This document shows, in pieces, positions 1 through 13,619 of a stretch of 64,000 nucleotides of DNA. The position numbers and the translations under genes are program-made. The stretch spans positions 85,808,001 to 85,872,000 of the forward strand of contig OZ360225.1 in NCBI GenBank assembly GCA_977017645.1, written 5' to 3'. Source of the DNA: Torpedo marmorata (taxonomy: Eukaryota). The notes beneath the pieces were generated by a model that had not been told where the DNA came from, did not search any database, and saw only the letters and a program-made list of their open reading frames with translations. The stretch's first letter is position 1. Each line of letters begins with the position of its first letter.

Positions 1-19
1 GTGTGATGGCAAATGAGAA

Positions 20-260
20 AGACTGCAGATGCTAGAAAACTGGACCAACACACAAAATGTTGGAGGACCTCAGCGGGTCAGGCAGCATCCATGGAAGGCA
101 ATCGACAGTCAACATCTCGGACCGAAACCCTTTATATGGACTGGGAAGAAAGAAGGCAGAAGCCAAAATAAGACGGTGAGAGGAGGAAAGGAGCATCAGG
201 TGGCAGGGGAAAAAGGTGGGTGGGGAAAGAAATGAGAAAAAAATTAAGAAGCAAGGAGGT
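20..260 (-). mobile_element. Penelope-like element terminal remnant
   Basis: The motif 'aaaatgttggaggacctcagcgggtcaggcagcatc...ccgaaaccct' followed by a purine-rich tract is the reverse complement of the terminus of the Penelope-like element at 46240-46335. Confidence 0.5.
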
Positions 261-1001
261 GATCGGAGACGGAGTATTGTCTTGTTTCTTTCTGGATTTT
301 CTGTCATTCACCTTTTCAAAGTCCAAGTAAAATGTTTCAATTATAGAGCTTCTGCTAATATTGCTTTTACATTTTGTTCCATGATTTTATCTAAAATTAA
401 CTACAGTATTAGTATAGATTAATAAAAGAATCCTAAGAATAATAAAATTTAAGGTTATTTTCTAAGTTCAGTTGTAGGAAGAGATTACAAGGAAAACAGG
501 AAAAGATTCAAGTGTGTTCAGTGCTTAAAGTCTTCTTAAAGAAATGCTACCTACCCACCTGCTCATGGGAATCACTGGCCCATGACTGTGGTTTGTAGAA
601 CCTCAAAGCTTTGCATTGTAAGTAAATGGATACTCTGCATAAGTGTTAGAAAGAGTGGAACCACCTCACAAATGGCTCACTCACTCACCTACTCCATTAG
701 CTCTCTGAGGAAAAATCTGCAGTTTCCACATTGGCTTGGTTAACTCCCTCAGAACATGTCATCCATGATCCTGACATACTACCCAAGAGAACATTTGGAG
801 CAACTCCATTAACTTAAATACTGTTGCCAATCTTCATTAAATAAACTTCAGCTATTTTTGGGGTTATTTTCAATTCTTTTCCTGTAATTTTACTTCAATG
901 ATTGTTACAGATATTTTTTTAAAAAGGGGTGACGTAAGATTAGTACTGCAATGGGGTTGGGGGACAAGAGCAGGTCTGCGTCTCACTGAGAATGAACAAA
1001 C

Positions 1002-1170
1002 CTTTCCATTAATGTTGATGAAGTTGGCTTTGTCTCTACAGAAATCTGGAGATGGCTCATTGGGTATTTCAAATGCAATTTCTTTGAAGTCACTTAAAAT
1101 AAAGCTACATGCTCGTGTACCAGCCGAAATTTCATTCATTTTTTCATTTATGATTTTGGTTAGTTCTGCC
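1002..1170 (-). CDS. Candidate internal coding exon of an unidentified host gene (AELTKIINEK...NFININGK)
   Basis: Non-repetitive sequence bounded by tgttcag|G and AAG|gtttgt. It is 169 nt (1 nt + 56 codons) with an open frame and protein-like composition. No homolog recognised. Confidence 0.45.
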
Positions 1171-2709
1171 CTGAACACAAGTTATGTGTCTTTGGGCATT
1201 TAGTATCAATTTTGCCTTAAATAATAAAATGTGGAATGTTCCTGTCAGAACTCCAGAAAAGGGGGATGTAAAATGAAAGTATTATTTAATAAATATTTAA
1301 CTTGAATCTTGCAAAATATTTAAACCAATAAAGATTGTTTTCATCACATGATTGGGAATATCCCTGTCATAGTGGATCTGAGCCATATTTAAAAAGTTCC
1401 ATACATAGACTGTTGTCAAATAGAGTTTACTGACTTCAGCCAAGGTGGTAGTACCTGCTGTACAAAAGGGCTTAAAAATTAAATCTAGAAAATAAAAATT
1501 CCATCTAACTGTTAAAGTCAGCCCATGCTGTTAAAAAAAGTAAACAGCAGAAAACACAGCAGAACCAATTAAGCATACAACAGCTTCTTTATTAACCTTT
1601 TGTTACGCTAGCGGGAGTGAGGGGATTCAAGAAAGAGTTCAGTGACTCGTTCTCTACACTGAGCCCCAGACACTCAAAGCATCAGAGTGTTCGTCGTTCA
1701 TTTATACACAATTTGGGAAGGGGTCTGCATGAGACCCTCACAAGTTTCACTCGAGCCTCACACACCTGCATTTTGTGTTTACCTTTACATGTTACCTTGT
1801 AATGTCTACAAATGTTCTGGGAAAGTCAGTGTCCCGAATTCAAGGTTTATTGACATACTTGTGAAGTTAGCTATTATCTCACCATGGCACAGATGTTAAG
1901 AAGGCAATTATATTCCGACGTTTGCACAAGAAGCTATTGTATCCTTACCTAATCCATTAACCCTTTATTAAGCATATTCGTAAAACTTATTCTTTCACAT
2001 AACTTTTGTTGGGGAGTGGAAGTGTGCAGAAAATAGATTGTAATAGTCCAATAACCCTACTGATAGTTGATTATTTCAATGTAGCTTTTTTTGTTGTTTA
2101 AACATTCACTCATTTACTGCACCTACCCCAGATTGTCTTTTACTACCTGTACCCTCTTTTAGTGAAAAAAGATCAGAATAGGAGATTCTTTTTTTTTGAG
2201 GTTGCTCTGAAAAATAACTACCGGTATGTTATTGTCAGTGCATAAAAAACAGTATCCCAGACAGGCAATAAAGAGGAGAGAGCAATGTGGAGAAGCTGAG
2301 TAATGACATAGATTAGGAAGAATTAAATCAAGAAAAGTGAAACCAAGGGGAAAGCTGCAGTAAAGGATCAAGTAAATATGAAGAATTTTGCAGGAAGCCA
2401 TGAACTCAAATTGAATGAAGCAACCAGAAACTGTCTTTAGAGAGTAAAAGAAAAAATAATTTACTCAAATTATTATGAACCCATTAATCATTTGTCATAT
2501 CACAGTGAAATTAGCATGGGAAACAAGAAATAACTAAGAATCACTGAATTAATTAGTAATATAAGACTTTATCCCAACATGCTGTTGAAAAGAAACTAAA
2601 GTACAGAACAATTGTGAATATGTATTGAAGTTCAAAAGGAATTAATCTAGAAAATAGCATAAATGTTCGTTATCAAATTTTGTTTTGCTACAATAACATT
2701 ATGAACATA

Positions 2710-3320
2710 AAAAACAATTTCTGAGGGAACTCAGTGTGTCGAGCAGCATCAGTGGGAGGGAAGGAATAGTCTACGTTTTGGGTTGGAACCTTTCATCAAG
2801 ACTGAGAGTGAAGAGGGAAGATAGCCAGAATATTGAGGACAGGGTAGGAGTTGGACAGGGGCTAGAAGGGGATTGGGAGCAGCAAACAATGACAGACAGA
2901 TGGGGAGCAGTGGCAGTTGATTGGCAGGTGCCAGACAAGAGAGGTAAGAGAAAAAAAAAGGGGTCAGGTGGAAAAAGTTGAGTCATATAGAGAGAAGTGG
3001 ATACAGCTAGAAGGGGGTGCTGTGGAGACAAAGTCTGTTGGATTATAAGTAGTGATATTAAAGCTATTAGGGGAGAAAAAAAGGATATATGAGACAGATG
3101 GAACTGAGTTTGTTTTTTTTTTGTGAGGGAGTCATGTTAATGAAATATGGGTGGAAGAGGATGGAACCAGAGGGGGAGGGCATAAGAATGGGTTGGGTGG
3201 CTGGGTGGGGGTGTATGGGAGAAAGGGAGAAGAATGGAAGTAGCCCAAAAGGAGAGGGGACTCATTAACTCGTTTTGTTTTGCTCCAGATTCATCATTTT
3301 CAGTCTCCTGTTTGTCTCCA
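2710..3320 (-). mobile_element. Penelope-terminus-derived non-autonomous repeat
   Basis: 'ctgagggaactcagtgtgtcgagcagcatc...acgttttgggttggaacctttcatcaag', a purine-rich body, and an inverted end 'tgctccagattcatcattttcagtctc'. Confidence 0.45.
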
Positions 3321-3357
3321 ACAATTAATTGAACTGGCTGTTCCCGGTGGTTTTAGC

Positions 3358-3590
3358 TAGGCAGCACTGTTAATGTTATGCTCACCACAATGCTATTTCG
3401 TGCCAGCGATCTGTTTGAATCTGTAAGGAGTTGTACGTACTCCCCATGACCTGCATGGAATTTCTCTGGGTGCTCCAGTTTCCTCACAACCTCCAAAATG
3501 TACAGGGTTGTGAGGATAATTGGGTTTAACTGGGTGGCATGGGTTTCATGGGCCAGAAGAGCCTTCTGCAGTGTTAATTGTTCATTTAAA
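3358..3590 (+). mobile_element. Degenerate tRNA-derived V-SINE (HE1-like)
   Basis: Core 'ctgtaaggagttgtacgtactccccatgacctgcatggaatttctctgggtgctccagtttcctc' resembles the copies at 50665-51158 and 59025-59282. Confidence 0.55.
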
Positions 3591-4329
3591 AAAAAATTGA
3601 GTAAATCCTGGATTTCCTAGGATCCTCTGTTGGTTTGACACTTGCTGAGCGCTGGATTCTGCCACATCTATCACTGCATTCTGTCATCTTACTCTGCATG
3701 GTGTTCAATATGATATGCTGTGATTACCAGTATTTTGATGAAGAATATGTTAGGCTGACCTGATGTCAGGTCGGAGACTGTTCATTTCAATGGGTATTGT
3801 ATTAAAAATTGAGAGAAAAACAATCATATACATTTTATTTTTATATTATTTTGTTTTTTTAAGTGTGTAGCCACTGAAACGCAGTGGACACTCTGAAATA
3901 ATCACACAAGACGTTTCTGAAATGAATCAAACGGATTTAATTACATCACGTGCGCGACCTTTTTTAAAACCCTGAATTACGAGCTGACGTGATGACGTTA
4001 CCACGCATCGACGTCTCCTGGCCGGTTCGATGCACCCTGGGAGTTGTAGTGCTGCCATATCGCCGCTACACTGCCCCCCCCCCCACCCCAGAACCGGCAG
4101 AAGGGTTTTTCTGAGCTTTAGGAGGTCGACCTCTGCAGCGGACTGTTGATTGCTGCATTGGGGAAGCTATGTCCACATGAGCTGGTTTAAGTCTGTCTAT
4201 GGTAAACGCTTGTGGCTTACCCCCAATGTCCAAAACAAATGTCGACCTAGTCTGTATAAGCACTCGAAAGGGTCCTTCGTACGGCGTTTGTAAAGGTGGG
4301 CGCAGCGTTCTTCTATGGACGAAGACGAA

Positions 4330-5736
4330 TTCAACCTCTCATTGCGGCAGTCAGAGGTTCCCACCTGCTTCAAAAGGGCATCAATCATCCCGGTACCCAA
4401 GAAGAGTAGTGTGGGCTGCCTCAACGACTACCACCCAGTAGCACTAACTTCTACTGTGATGAAATGCTTTGAGAGGCTGGTCATGGCCAGAATGAACACA
4501 TACCTCAGTAAAGATCTCGACCCACTGCAATTCGCCTATCGTCACAATTGCTCCACAGCAGATGCAATATCGCTGGCTCTCCACTCAGCTCTGGATCACC
4601 TCGAAAACAGCAATTCATACATACGGCTGCTCTTCATCGACTTCAGCTCGGCCTTCAATACCATTATTCCCTCAGTGCTGATCAAGAAGCTACAAACTCT
4701 AGGCCTCTGTATCCCCCTCTGCAACTGGATCCTTAACTTTCTCATCGGAAGACCACAGTCAGTACGAATTGGAAACAACGTCTCCTCCTCACTGATTATC
4801 AACACAGGCGCACCCCAAGGATGCGTGCTTAGTCCACTGCACTACTCGTTATACACCCATGACTGTGTGGCCAGGCACAATTCCAATGCCATCTACAAGT
4901 TTGCCGATGACACCACAGTTGTCGGCAGAATCATAAATGGCAATGAGGAAGCGTACAGGAGGGAGATAGATCAGCTCGTTGAATGGTGTAATGGCAACAA
5001 CCTTGAGCTCAACGTCAGCAAAACCAAGGAGATGATTGTGGACTTCAGGAGGAAGTCAGGGGAACACGACCCAGTCCTCATCGAGAGCTCAGTAATGGAG
5101 AAGGTCAAGAACTTCAAATTCCTGGGTGTCAACATCTCCAAGGATCTGTCCTGGAGCATCCACGTTGATGCAATCACAAAGAAGGCTCGTCAGCGGCTAT
5201 ACTTTGTGAGGTGTCTGCGGAGATTCGGTATGTCACTGAAGACTCTCATAAACGTCTACAGGTGTACTGTGGAGAGCATTCTGGCTGGTTGCATCACTGC
5301 CTGGTATGGAGGCGCCAACTCCCAGGACAAGAGTAAACTCCAGAGGGTTGTTAACTTGGCCTGTGACATCACAGGCACCAAACTTCACTCCATCGAGGAC
5401 ATCTACATGAGGCGGTGTCTTAAAAAAGCAGCCTCTATCCTCAAAGATCCCCACCACCCAGGCCATGCCCTCTTCACTCTGCTTCCATCGGGAAATAGGT
5501 ACAGGAGCCTAAAGACGAGCACTCAACGGCACAAGGACAGCTTCTTCCCCGCTGCCATCAGATTCCTGAATAATCAATGAACCAAAGACACTGCCTTACT
5601 TTTCGTGCACTATTGTTTATAATTTTTTATAGTAATGTCGTAAGATAGTTAATATGAATGTTAATTGCACTATGATGCTGCTGCAAAACACCGAATTTCA
5701 TGACTTGTTCATGACAATAAATTCTGATTCTGATTC
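4330..5736 (+). mobile_element. Rex1/Babar-type LINE, 5'-truncated, with an open RT frame
   Basis: ORF 4315-5580 carries [25 protein letters not shown] and KFADD; 3' tail aataaa(TTCTGA)n; interrupts the gypsy integrase. Confidence 0.88.
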
Positions 5737-8540
5737 ATGAGGTCTTTTGACACGAAAGAAGAGTGTTTTCCGGGCGACGATGGTGGTACAGGAATCAATT
5801 TTCCTACGGTCTCCCTTAGCCTGGTCAACAGTTCCCTTGGATCATTGGTGAAGTCTGAATGGCATGGGACGAACTCCCCGGGAACCACCAATGGTGCACT
5901 GTATACTAGCTCTGCAGATGAAGCTTGGAGGTCCTCCTTAGGAGTTGTTTTAATGCCCAGCAATACCCAGGGTAGTTCATTAGACCAGTTCAGGCCGTTT
6001 AATCGAGCCATTAAGGATGACTTGAGGTGCCGATGAAACCTTTCCACCATTCCATTAGCCTGGGGATGATAGGCATTTGTATGATGAATTTGTACCCTGA
6101 GCAAGCGAGACAAAGACGTCCATAGCAAGGAAGTAAATTGCGGTCCTTTATCCAAAGTAAGATGCGTCGGTAAACGAAAACGAGAGATCCAGGCATTGAG
6201 GAACGCCCGAGCACAAGTGTCTGTAGTTGCATCCACAATAGGCATGGCCTCGGGCCACCATGTAAATCTGTCTATAACGGTAAAAAGATAACAGTATCCT
6301 TTTGAGACTGGAAGTGGGCCAACAATGTTCACGTGAACATGAGCGAAACGCCGAGTAACTGCCGGGAAGGATTGCAGAGGTGCCTTGGTATGCCTTTGAA
6401 CTTTTGAAATTTGGCAGGCAATGCAGGACCTGGCCATCTGTGTAACATCTGATTTAAGACTGTGCCACACGTACCTGTCAGAAACCATGCGTACGGTCGA
6501 TCTAATCGATGGATGCGAGAGACTATGAATAGAGTCAAATACTCGACGTTTCCACGATGTTGGTACTATTGGGTGTGGGTGTCCCGTAGATATATCACAG
6601 AGAAGTGATTTGTCGTTAACTCCCAAGTGGACATCTCTTAATTGCAGGCTAGTGATTGCAGTCCGGTAGGCATCCATTTCCTGGTCATTTTGTTGAGCCG
6701 CGGCTAAAGATGTGTAGTCAATACCTTGATCTACAGCTGAAATCTCAAGATGAGCAGAGCAGGAAAGCACATCAGCCACTACATTGTCTTTTCCGGAAAT
6801 ATGTAGTATCCTCGTGGAGAATTCTGAAATAAATGATAATTGCCGTTGTTGCCGGGCTGACCAGGGCTCTGCGACCTTTGAAAATGAAAATGTTAAGGGC
6901 TTATGGTCGGTGTACATAGTAAAATCTCTGCCCTCTAAAAAATAACGGAAGTGGCGAATTGACAAGTAAATGGCTAAAAGTTCCTTATCAAAAGTACTGT
7001 ATTTTTTCTCTGCATCACGAAGATGGCGGCTGAAGAATCCCAACGGTTTCCATTGCCCGTTGACATATTGCTGAAGTGCGCCCCCTACAGCCACACTGGA
7101 AGCGTCTGTAGAAAGGGCGGTGGCTGCATTTAAAACTGGGTAGCTGAGCATAGTGGCATTGGTCAGCAACTCCTTGGTGTTAATGAAGGCATTATTTGTC
7201 TCTTCAGTCCAGTGAATGACTCTGGCGTTTCCAGACAGTAAATTGAAAAGAGGCTTCATAATATGAGCTGCTCCTGGAAGAAAACGACGGTAAAAGTTTA
7301 CCATTCCCAAGAATTCCTGCAAGCTTTTCACCGTAGCTGGTCTTGGGTATCTGGCAATAGCCTCAACTTTGGATGGTAGAGGAATTACGCCTTCGTGAGT
7401 AATTCTATGACCTAGGAAATCAATCGTTTTTTGTCCAGAAACGCACTTATCAGGATTGATGGTCATTCCAAACATCTGAAGATGAATAAACAGTGTACCA
7501 AGATGTTCTAAATGCTCCTCCTCAGTAATATGTTGTCGAGGTAAATGAAGACATTTGTAATACCATGTGCTAAAGCATCCATGACACGTTGGAATGAATG
7601 AGCGGCATTCTTTAATCCGAATGGCATTCGTAAAAATTCGAATAAACCAAACGGTGTAATCAGTGCTGTTTTCGAAATATCTTCTTGGCTCCACTGGAAC
7701 TTGATGATAGCCCCGCACCAAATCTATTTTTGAAAAAATTTTCGCGCCGTGTAAATGAGTCGAGAAGTCCTGAATATGAGGTATCTGATAACGACCCAGA
7801 ATAGCGGGATCATTAAGCCACCTGTAATCTCCACAAGGTCGCCACCCTCCATTGTTTTTTGGGACCATATGTAATGGAGATGCCCAGGGGCTGTCGGAAC
7901 TATGAATTATGCCTAGTTCCTCCATCTTGGCAAATTCTTCCTTGGCTAAGCGCAGCTTCTCTGGAGGTAAGTGGCATGCATTAGCATGGGTAGGAGGTCC
8001 TTTAGTGTAAATGCGATGGGTAACACCATGCTTGGCAGTGGGAGCAGAAAATTGTAAAGTAGTAATGTCGGGATAGTCTTCCAACAGCTTGGAGAATTTA
8101 TCTGCCGGCATTTTTAATGCATGGAGGCACAAAGCAGGGGTATTGGCGTCTGCCAGGGGAATAGTCCGAAAGGTAGCTGCATCTATCAAGCGACGCCCTT
8201 TTAAGTCGACGAGGAATGAATGAGCTAGAAGAAAATCCGCACCTATCAAAGGTTGAGATACTGCTGCTATAATAAATAGCCAGGTGTAGAGACAATTCTT
8301 GAACTTGACATTCATCTTCCTGGTGCCAAAGGAAGGAATGTTGGAATTGTTAACTGCTCGTAGTTGTAGGTCTGGGGTCGGGTGTCGTGTGTCAAAACCT
8401 GTGATAGGAAAAACACTAACTTCTGACCCCGTATCTACCAGAAATTTCCGTTGAGATAACTGGTCCCATGCATACAATAGGCTTGTAATTTTCTTGCCAA
8501 CCGCCGCAGCCATTACTGGCGGTTGGCCTGGGCGTTTCCC
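5737..8540 (-). pseudogene. pol: Pol of CsRn1-like element (PR-RT-RH-IN), RT locally frameshifted; integrase C-terminus displaced to 4066-4329
   Basis: Motifs [44 protein letters not shown] and [11 protein letters not shown]. The YxDD region is out of frame around 7540-7690. The GPF-containing tail lies beyond the LINE insertion. Confidence 0.9.
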
Positions 8541-9241
8541 GCAAACGCGCAGAGTGGAACGCATTTGCGTGCATTTGTTCCCCAACGCCTGTGGTAATAA
8601 CACCAAGACGAGGTGTCCACCAGCTGATTGCGTGTTTTGGGGCGTTGCTTGATTGTAGGCAGTGATGTGCTAAGAGCACTGGATTGTGATACAGGGTCAA
8701 CATTGGAGGGGTCAACATTGGAGGGGTTCGTTGTGCAGACTTGGGTTTCTGTACTGTGCTTCCTAGCCAGCCATAGAATGTCTGCCTCCGCTGCCACAGC
8801 CCTTGGGTCCTCAAATGAACATCTGGCTAACAAGAGCCTAATATCGTGTGGCATTCGCTCTAAAAAGAGCTGTTCGAATAACATATCAGGTCTCTCCCCA
8901 CCTGCCAGGAACAGCATTTTGTCCATTAGTTCTGAAGGGGCGCGGTTACCCAACCCATCGATATGCAGTAGTTTGGCTGCCCTTTCCCTATGGGACATGC
9001 CATACACACGCAATAAAAGTGCCTTTAAAGCATCATAGTTGTCGGTATGTGGTGGATCCCGTAGGAAGTCGCCGACCCGCTTAGCGACGGCCTGGTCCAG
9101 AGCACTGACAAGATGGTAATAACGAGTGGTGTCCAATTCGATTTTACAAAGGTGAAACTGTGCTTCAGCCTGTTGGAACCACAGTTCAGGCTCAGCTGTC
9201 CAGAAAGGTGGTAGCTTCACAGCAACGGCTGCAGAGTCCAT
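8513..9241 (-). CDS. gag: Gag of CsRn1-like element (intact, 242 aa)
   Basis: N-terminal KLPPFW...WFQQAEAQF and C-terminal [18 protein letters not shown] (CX2HX9CX3C), typical of CsRn1-lineage Gag. Confidence 0.9.
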   Translation of the reverse strand: MDSAAVAVKLPPFWTAEPELWFQQAEAQFHLCKIELDTTRYYHLVSALDQAVAKRVGDFLRDPPHTDNYDALKALLLRVYGMSHRERAAKLLHIDGLGNRAPSELMDKMLFLAGGERPDMLFEQLFLERMPHDIRLLLARCSFEDPRAVAAEADILWLARKHSTETQVCTTNPSNVDPSNVDPVSQSSALSTSLPTIKQRPKTRNQLVDTSSWCYYHRRWGTNARKCVPLCAFAGNAQANRQ

Positions 9242-10647
9242 GTTTGTCCAAAAATACGTTTTTGGACGTCAGGGTCATCAATTGTGGCCACTGAAACGCA
9301 GTGGACACTAAGAAATAATCACACAAGATGTTTCTGAAGTGAATCAAACGGATTTAATTACATCACGTGCGCGACCTTTTTTAAAACCCTGTACCACGAG
9401 CTGACGTGATGACGTCACCACGCATCGACGTCACCTGGCCGGTTCGATGCACCCTGGGAGTTGTAGTGCTGCCATATTGCCGCTACAAGTGTTTATTACT
9501 TTATTATGTTAAAATTTTCCTCAAGTACCAATCCAACGAATTATATTAAAAAGGGAAAAATTCTCCAGGTATTTTGGCTAACACATTCTAATGTCAAGAA
9601 CTTGCGAGTTCAGCCTCTTTTGGTGCAGCAAATATACTCTGCATGTAGCACTAATGGCACATTCTAATTTCCTGAAAAAAATAGTGCAATTTCCCAAAAA
9701 TACACAAAAATAGCTTTATGACATTTTGTACACGGAATCCTGTATGAAAACCGGACTTCAATGCAGTGTCAATGGAAAGTGTCAGTTTCTAAAGAATTCA
9801 ATCACAATACAGTGATGATGACTCCTGACATTTCCCCGTGTGTCTGACTCTCATCCTATGCCGTGATTATCTAATGTACTATGGTGAGTTTGGTGCTGCT
9901 CAATAGATCAATGACCACTGACAAATTATGCCTTGGCTATTTTTTATGGACTTTAATCAGGTCAGAAATAATTGTGACAATGATGTTGCATGCACAAAGC
10001 CCAAATTCGTGCACGATAAATGTGTGCAAGATAATCTAATTTTAGGCTTATTTGCTAATTTATTGTTATATGTTTTACTATATTTGTCTGTACTATAATA
10101 AGTATGAAACTTCAACATCACCTCCTTCACTATGAGGGAATTTGGGAAGTCCTAAGGTTGTACAGTGTTTTCCTTTAAAAGATTCTGAAACAAATTCTGT
10201 TGAAAATAAATTGAATTATTTAGGATGTTGATGTAGAACTTTGGTTATGGGAATATTCACTGTGAAAGCACAAGCAAATTTTAATTATGAATTTTAAATT
10301 TCTCATAATTTTTTGCTCAACTGGAGAGCATCATGTTGATATTACTCAGTTATTTTACTTTTGGCATGCATTTAATTTTCCTTCAGCAGGTCTTGTTTGA
10401 ATCCCAGTTCAAAGACTTTTGAAATTACCCCTCCCATGAGTTTTTTCCCCCTATTTTGGAGCAAGAAGCTGCCATCTTAGTTGAATATGTCTGTGTGGAC
10501 TGACATAGAGCAACTGCGGGGATTTGTGGGACAAGTCTCATAATTTATTTCATTCTTTTGCCACCTTATTAGATATGAAGCAGGCAATATTTTAGCTGAA
10601 ATGTTATTGTATTTTTATTGTGATTTAGTTGTATTTTTATCCTCTAC

Positions 10648-10781
10648 CTTCTTGGAATTGCATTTTCATTGCTAAAACTGCAGATCTGAAACAGTGTGAG
10701 CTCAAACATATGTGAATGGTTTGTTTGGCTGCTATTCAGGGACATCAGGTATTGAACAATAGAATTCATTTGATTTTCCAT
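10648..10781 (-). CDS. Weak candidate first coding exon (MENQMNSIVQYL...NAIPR)
   Basis: ATG at 10781 with an in-frame TAA just before it; 44 codons + AG|gtagag, phase-compatible with the exon at 1002-1170. The donor is weak and this may be chance. Confidence 0.2.
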
Positions 10782-11595
10782 TTATTCGAGAGAGATATTA
10801 AAGTTTCACCTGAAGTAGCTTGTATTATATACTGTCAAGGATTAAATCTGCACAGACAATGGAACAAATTGTTGAATTTATTTTTTTCTGTTTTTATTTT
10901 AATTGCTGGATTCCACATTGCTTAACAAAACAATTGGCTGAATTTTACTCTTATTTTATATTGCATTTACACACACAGACATTCATTGACACCACATTGG
11001 TTTAATGTACCTCTTGGGAGATTAAAGCTATTTTTACCATCCATAAATTCAGTAGGTAGCATGAAGTCAGCTGGAATTTGTGGATAGTTAGAGTCTACGT
11101 GACAGAGAAGCTAATTACTCTGGTGGAATATGAGTTATTGATTTGCCTGAGCAAGAATATAACTGTGAATAAAGTAACAATAACTATGTATAAGAAAATT
11201 GGATTGATTTAACTACGCCAGTTGGTACATATTAATCAGTGCTAATTTAATTATTGGATTGCTAATACTTGCTCTGCTTTTGCTGATATTGAAAGTTTTT
11301 ATTTCTGTTGTAAAATAGCCAGCTGGTGATTTTGATCACATCCCAATGAATAAGTGAAGGCCCTCATGGAGAAAATAGTCACAAATAAACATTACAAAGA
11401 TATTCAAATTTGCAATTGACATCTCAATTTTGCAATTGACAAGCCAAACATTGTATGTCATGCACTTATCCTATATTTCTCTGTCACCAGCTAGATTTAG
11501 GTTTTCTCATCTCTGACTAACAGTTTTACCTCTAACACCAAAATTTAAACTTAAAAACCACCTCTGGTTCTCTGCTTCCCTTCTGCACTCAAACC

Positions 11596-12157
11596 ATTCA
11601 GATTACAGATTTATTGTCAGAGTACATACATGACATCACATACAACCCTGAGATTCCTTTTTCCTGCGGGCGCGGCAGAATTACCACTAATTGGTAGTGC
11701 AAAAATAAACTGTACACAGCGTAAACATGTAAACAAATAAAAGAACTGTAAACAGATAACGAATGTAAACAAACTGACTGCGCAATACAGAGAGAACAAA
11801 AAGAAAATCAATAAAGTGCACAAGTAAGAGTACTTAAATGAGTCTCTGATTGAGTTTGTTGTTGAGGAGTCTGATGGTGGAGGGGTAGCAGCTGTTCCTG
11901 AACCTGGTGGTGCGAGTCTTGTGGCACCTATACCTCTTTCCTGATGGCAGCAGCGAGAACAGAGCGTGTGCTGGGTGGTGTGGGTCTTTGATGATTGCTG
12001 CTGCCCTCCGAAGGCAGCGTTCCCTGTAGATGTACTCAATAGTGGGGAGGATTTTGCCTGTGATGTCCTGGGCTGTGTCCACTACTTTTTGGAGGGCTTT
12101 ACGCTCAGGGGTATTAGTGTTCCCATACCAGACCGTGATGCAGCTGGTCAGCACACT
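11596..12157 (-). mobile_element. Rex1/Babar-type LINE 3' fragment (second family)
   Basis: CITVWYG...KDPHHPAHALFSLLPSGKRYR; tail aataaatctg. The same 3' UTR recurs at about 15444-15590. Confidence 0.85.
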
Positions 12158-12835
12158 CGGGAAGAATAATAAAAATGTTGATGTGATGAGTGGGGATCAT
12201 ATGTTGTGACTAATTGGGATGTGGATAACATTATATGAGATTGAAGGAGAGTGTAAGTGATGTGAGGCTGTGTCTTGACCAAGAAGTATAAGTGCATGGA
12301 AGTAAAATAAAGAAGTAGGCATGACGTGGTTGGAAGGAATGTGTTAGGCGAGAATATTTTAGGGTGATATTCACATCAGGATATAGGGCCTGTGTTCTTT
12401 TCTACCCAGATTTTGTTTTTTTCTATATTGTATGCAGGAGTGTGACATCACACTCTTGCTGCTAATCTCCTTGGCAATATCCAACCACGTCATTGTCTCA
12501 GAAGCAGGCTCCTTCCATGTCTTGCCCAGATGCATTCTTTTCCAATCTCATTCCTTTCAAACACTCCCCCACCCCTTGAAGTATTGTTGAGATTGCATCA
12601 AGTGATCTTTATCTTAATTCGATAGCACTAAATGGATAGGAAATCCAGAATCATGATGTTAATTAAGTGGGTCACATACATGCTGCACAAATCTCTGGGT
12701 TTGTCAAACAAAAGAGATTAAACAAAATTATCATGGTAAAAGGGGAAGGTTGCGTTTTCCATTTATTTATGATGCCATTGTGTAGAAATCATTAAAAAAA
12801 TTGACATGCAGTTACAGCAAGCAATTAGGCTATGA

Positions 12836-13618
12836 TTGTCAGCAGAATCACAAACGGCAATGAGGAAGCATACAGGAGGGAGAAAGATCAGCTCGTTGAA
12901 TGGTGTAATGACAACAACCTTGCGCTCAACGTCAGCAAAACCAAGGAAATGATTGTGGACTTCAGGAGGAAGTCAGGGGAACACGACCCAGTCCTCATCG
13001 AGGGCTCAGTAGTGGAGAGGGTCAAGAACTTCAAATTCCTGGGTGTCAACATCTCCAAGGATCTGTCCTGGAGCCTCCATGTTGATGCAATCACAAAGAA
13101 GGCTCGCCAGCGGCTATAATTTGTGATGTGTCTGAGGAGATTCGGTATGTCACCGAAGACTCTCATAAACGTCTACAGGTGTACCGTGGAGAAAATTCTG
13201 GCTGGTTGCATCACTGCCTGGTATGGAGGTGCCAACTCTCAGGACAGGAATAAACTCCAGAGGGTTGTTAACTCGGCCTGTGACATCACAGGCACCAGAC
13301 TTCACTCCATCGAGGACATCTACATGAGGCAGTATCTTAAAAAAGCAGCCTCTATCCTCAAAGACCCCCACCACCAAAAAGGTACAGGAGCCTAAAGTCG
13401 AGCACTCAACAGCACAAGGACAGCTTCTTCCCTGCTGCCATCAGATTCCTGAATAATCAATGAACCAAAGACACTGCCTTACTTTTCGTGCACTATTATT
13501 TATATATTTTTTATAGTAATGTCGTAAGATGATTATAATATGAATGTTTGCACTATGATGCTGCCGCAAAACACCAAATTTCATGACTTGTTCATGACAA
13601 TAAATTCTGATTCTGATT
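12836..13618 (+). mobile_element. Rex1/Babar-type LINE 3' fragment (same family as 4330-5736)
   Basis: Near-identical to 4920-5736 apart from a short internal deletion; (TTCTGA)n tail. Confidence 0.88.
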
Positions 13619-13619
13619 G

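Larger units (their letters stand above)
3866..9487 (-). mobile_element. Ty3/Gypsy LTR retrotransposon, CsRn1 lineage, full length with a nested Rex1 LINE
   Basis: 205-bp LTRs at 3866-4070 and 9283-9487 (TG...CA); 4-bp TSD AGTG; degenerate tRNA-Trp PBS (TGATGACCCTGACGT); G-rich PPT next to 4071; gag with a CHCC motif; pol order PR-RT-RH-IN. Confidence 0.93.

Noticed and set aside
898-1203. Plus-strand 101-aa ORF
   Set aside because: More likely the antisense of the splice-bounded minus-strand exon candidate.
4315-5580. Standalone 421-aa cellular gene
   Set aside because: It is a 5'-truncated Rex1/Babar RT, and the ATG comes from the antisense strand of the flanking gypsy sequence.
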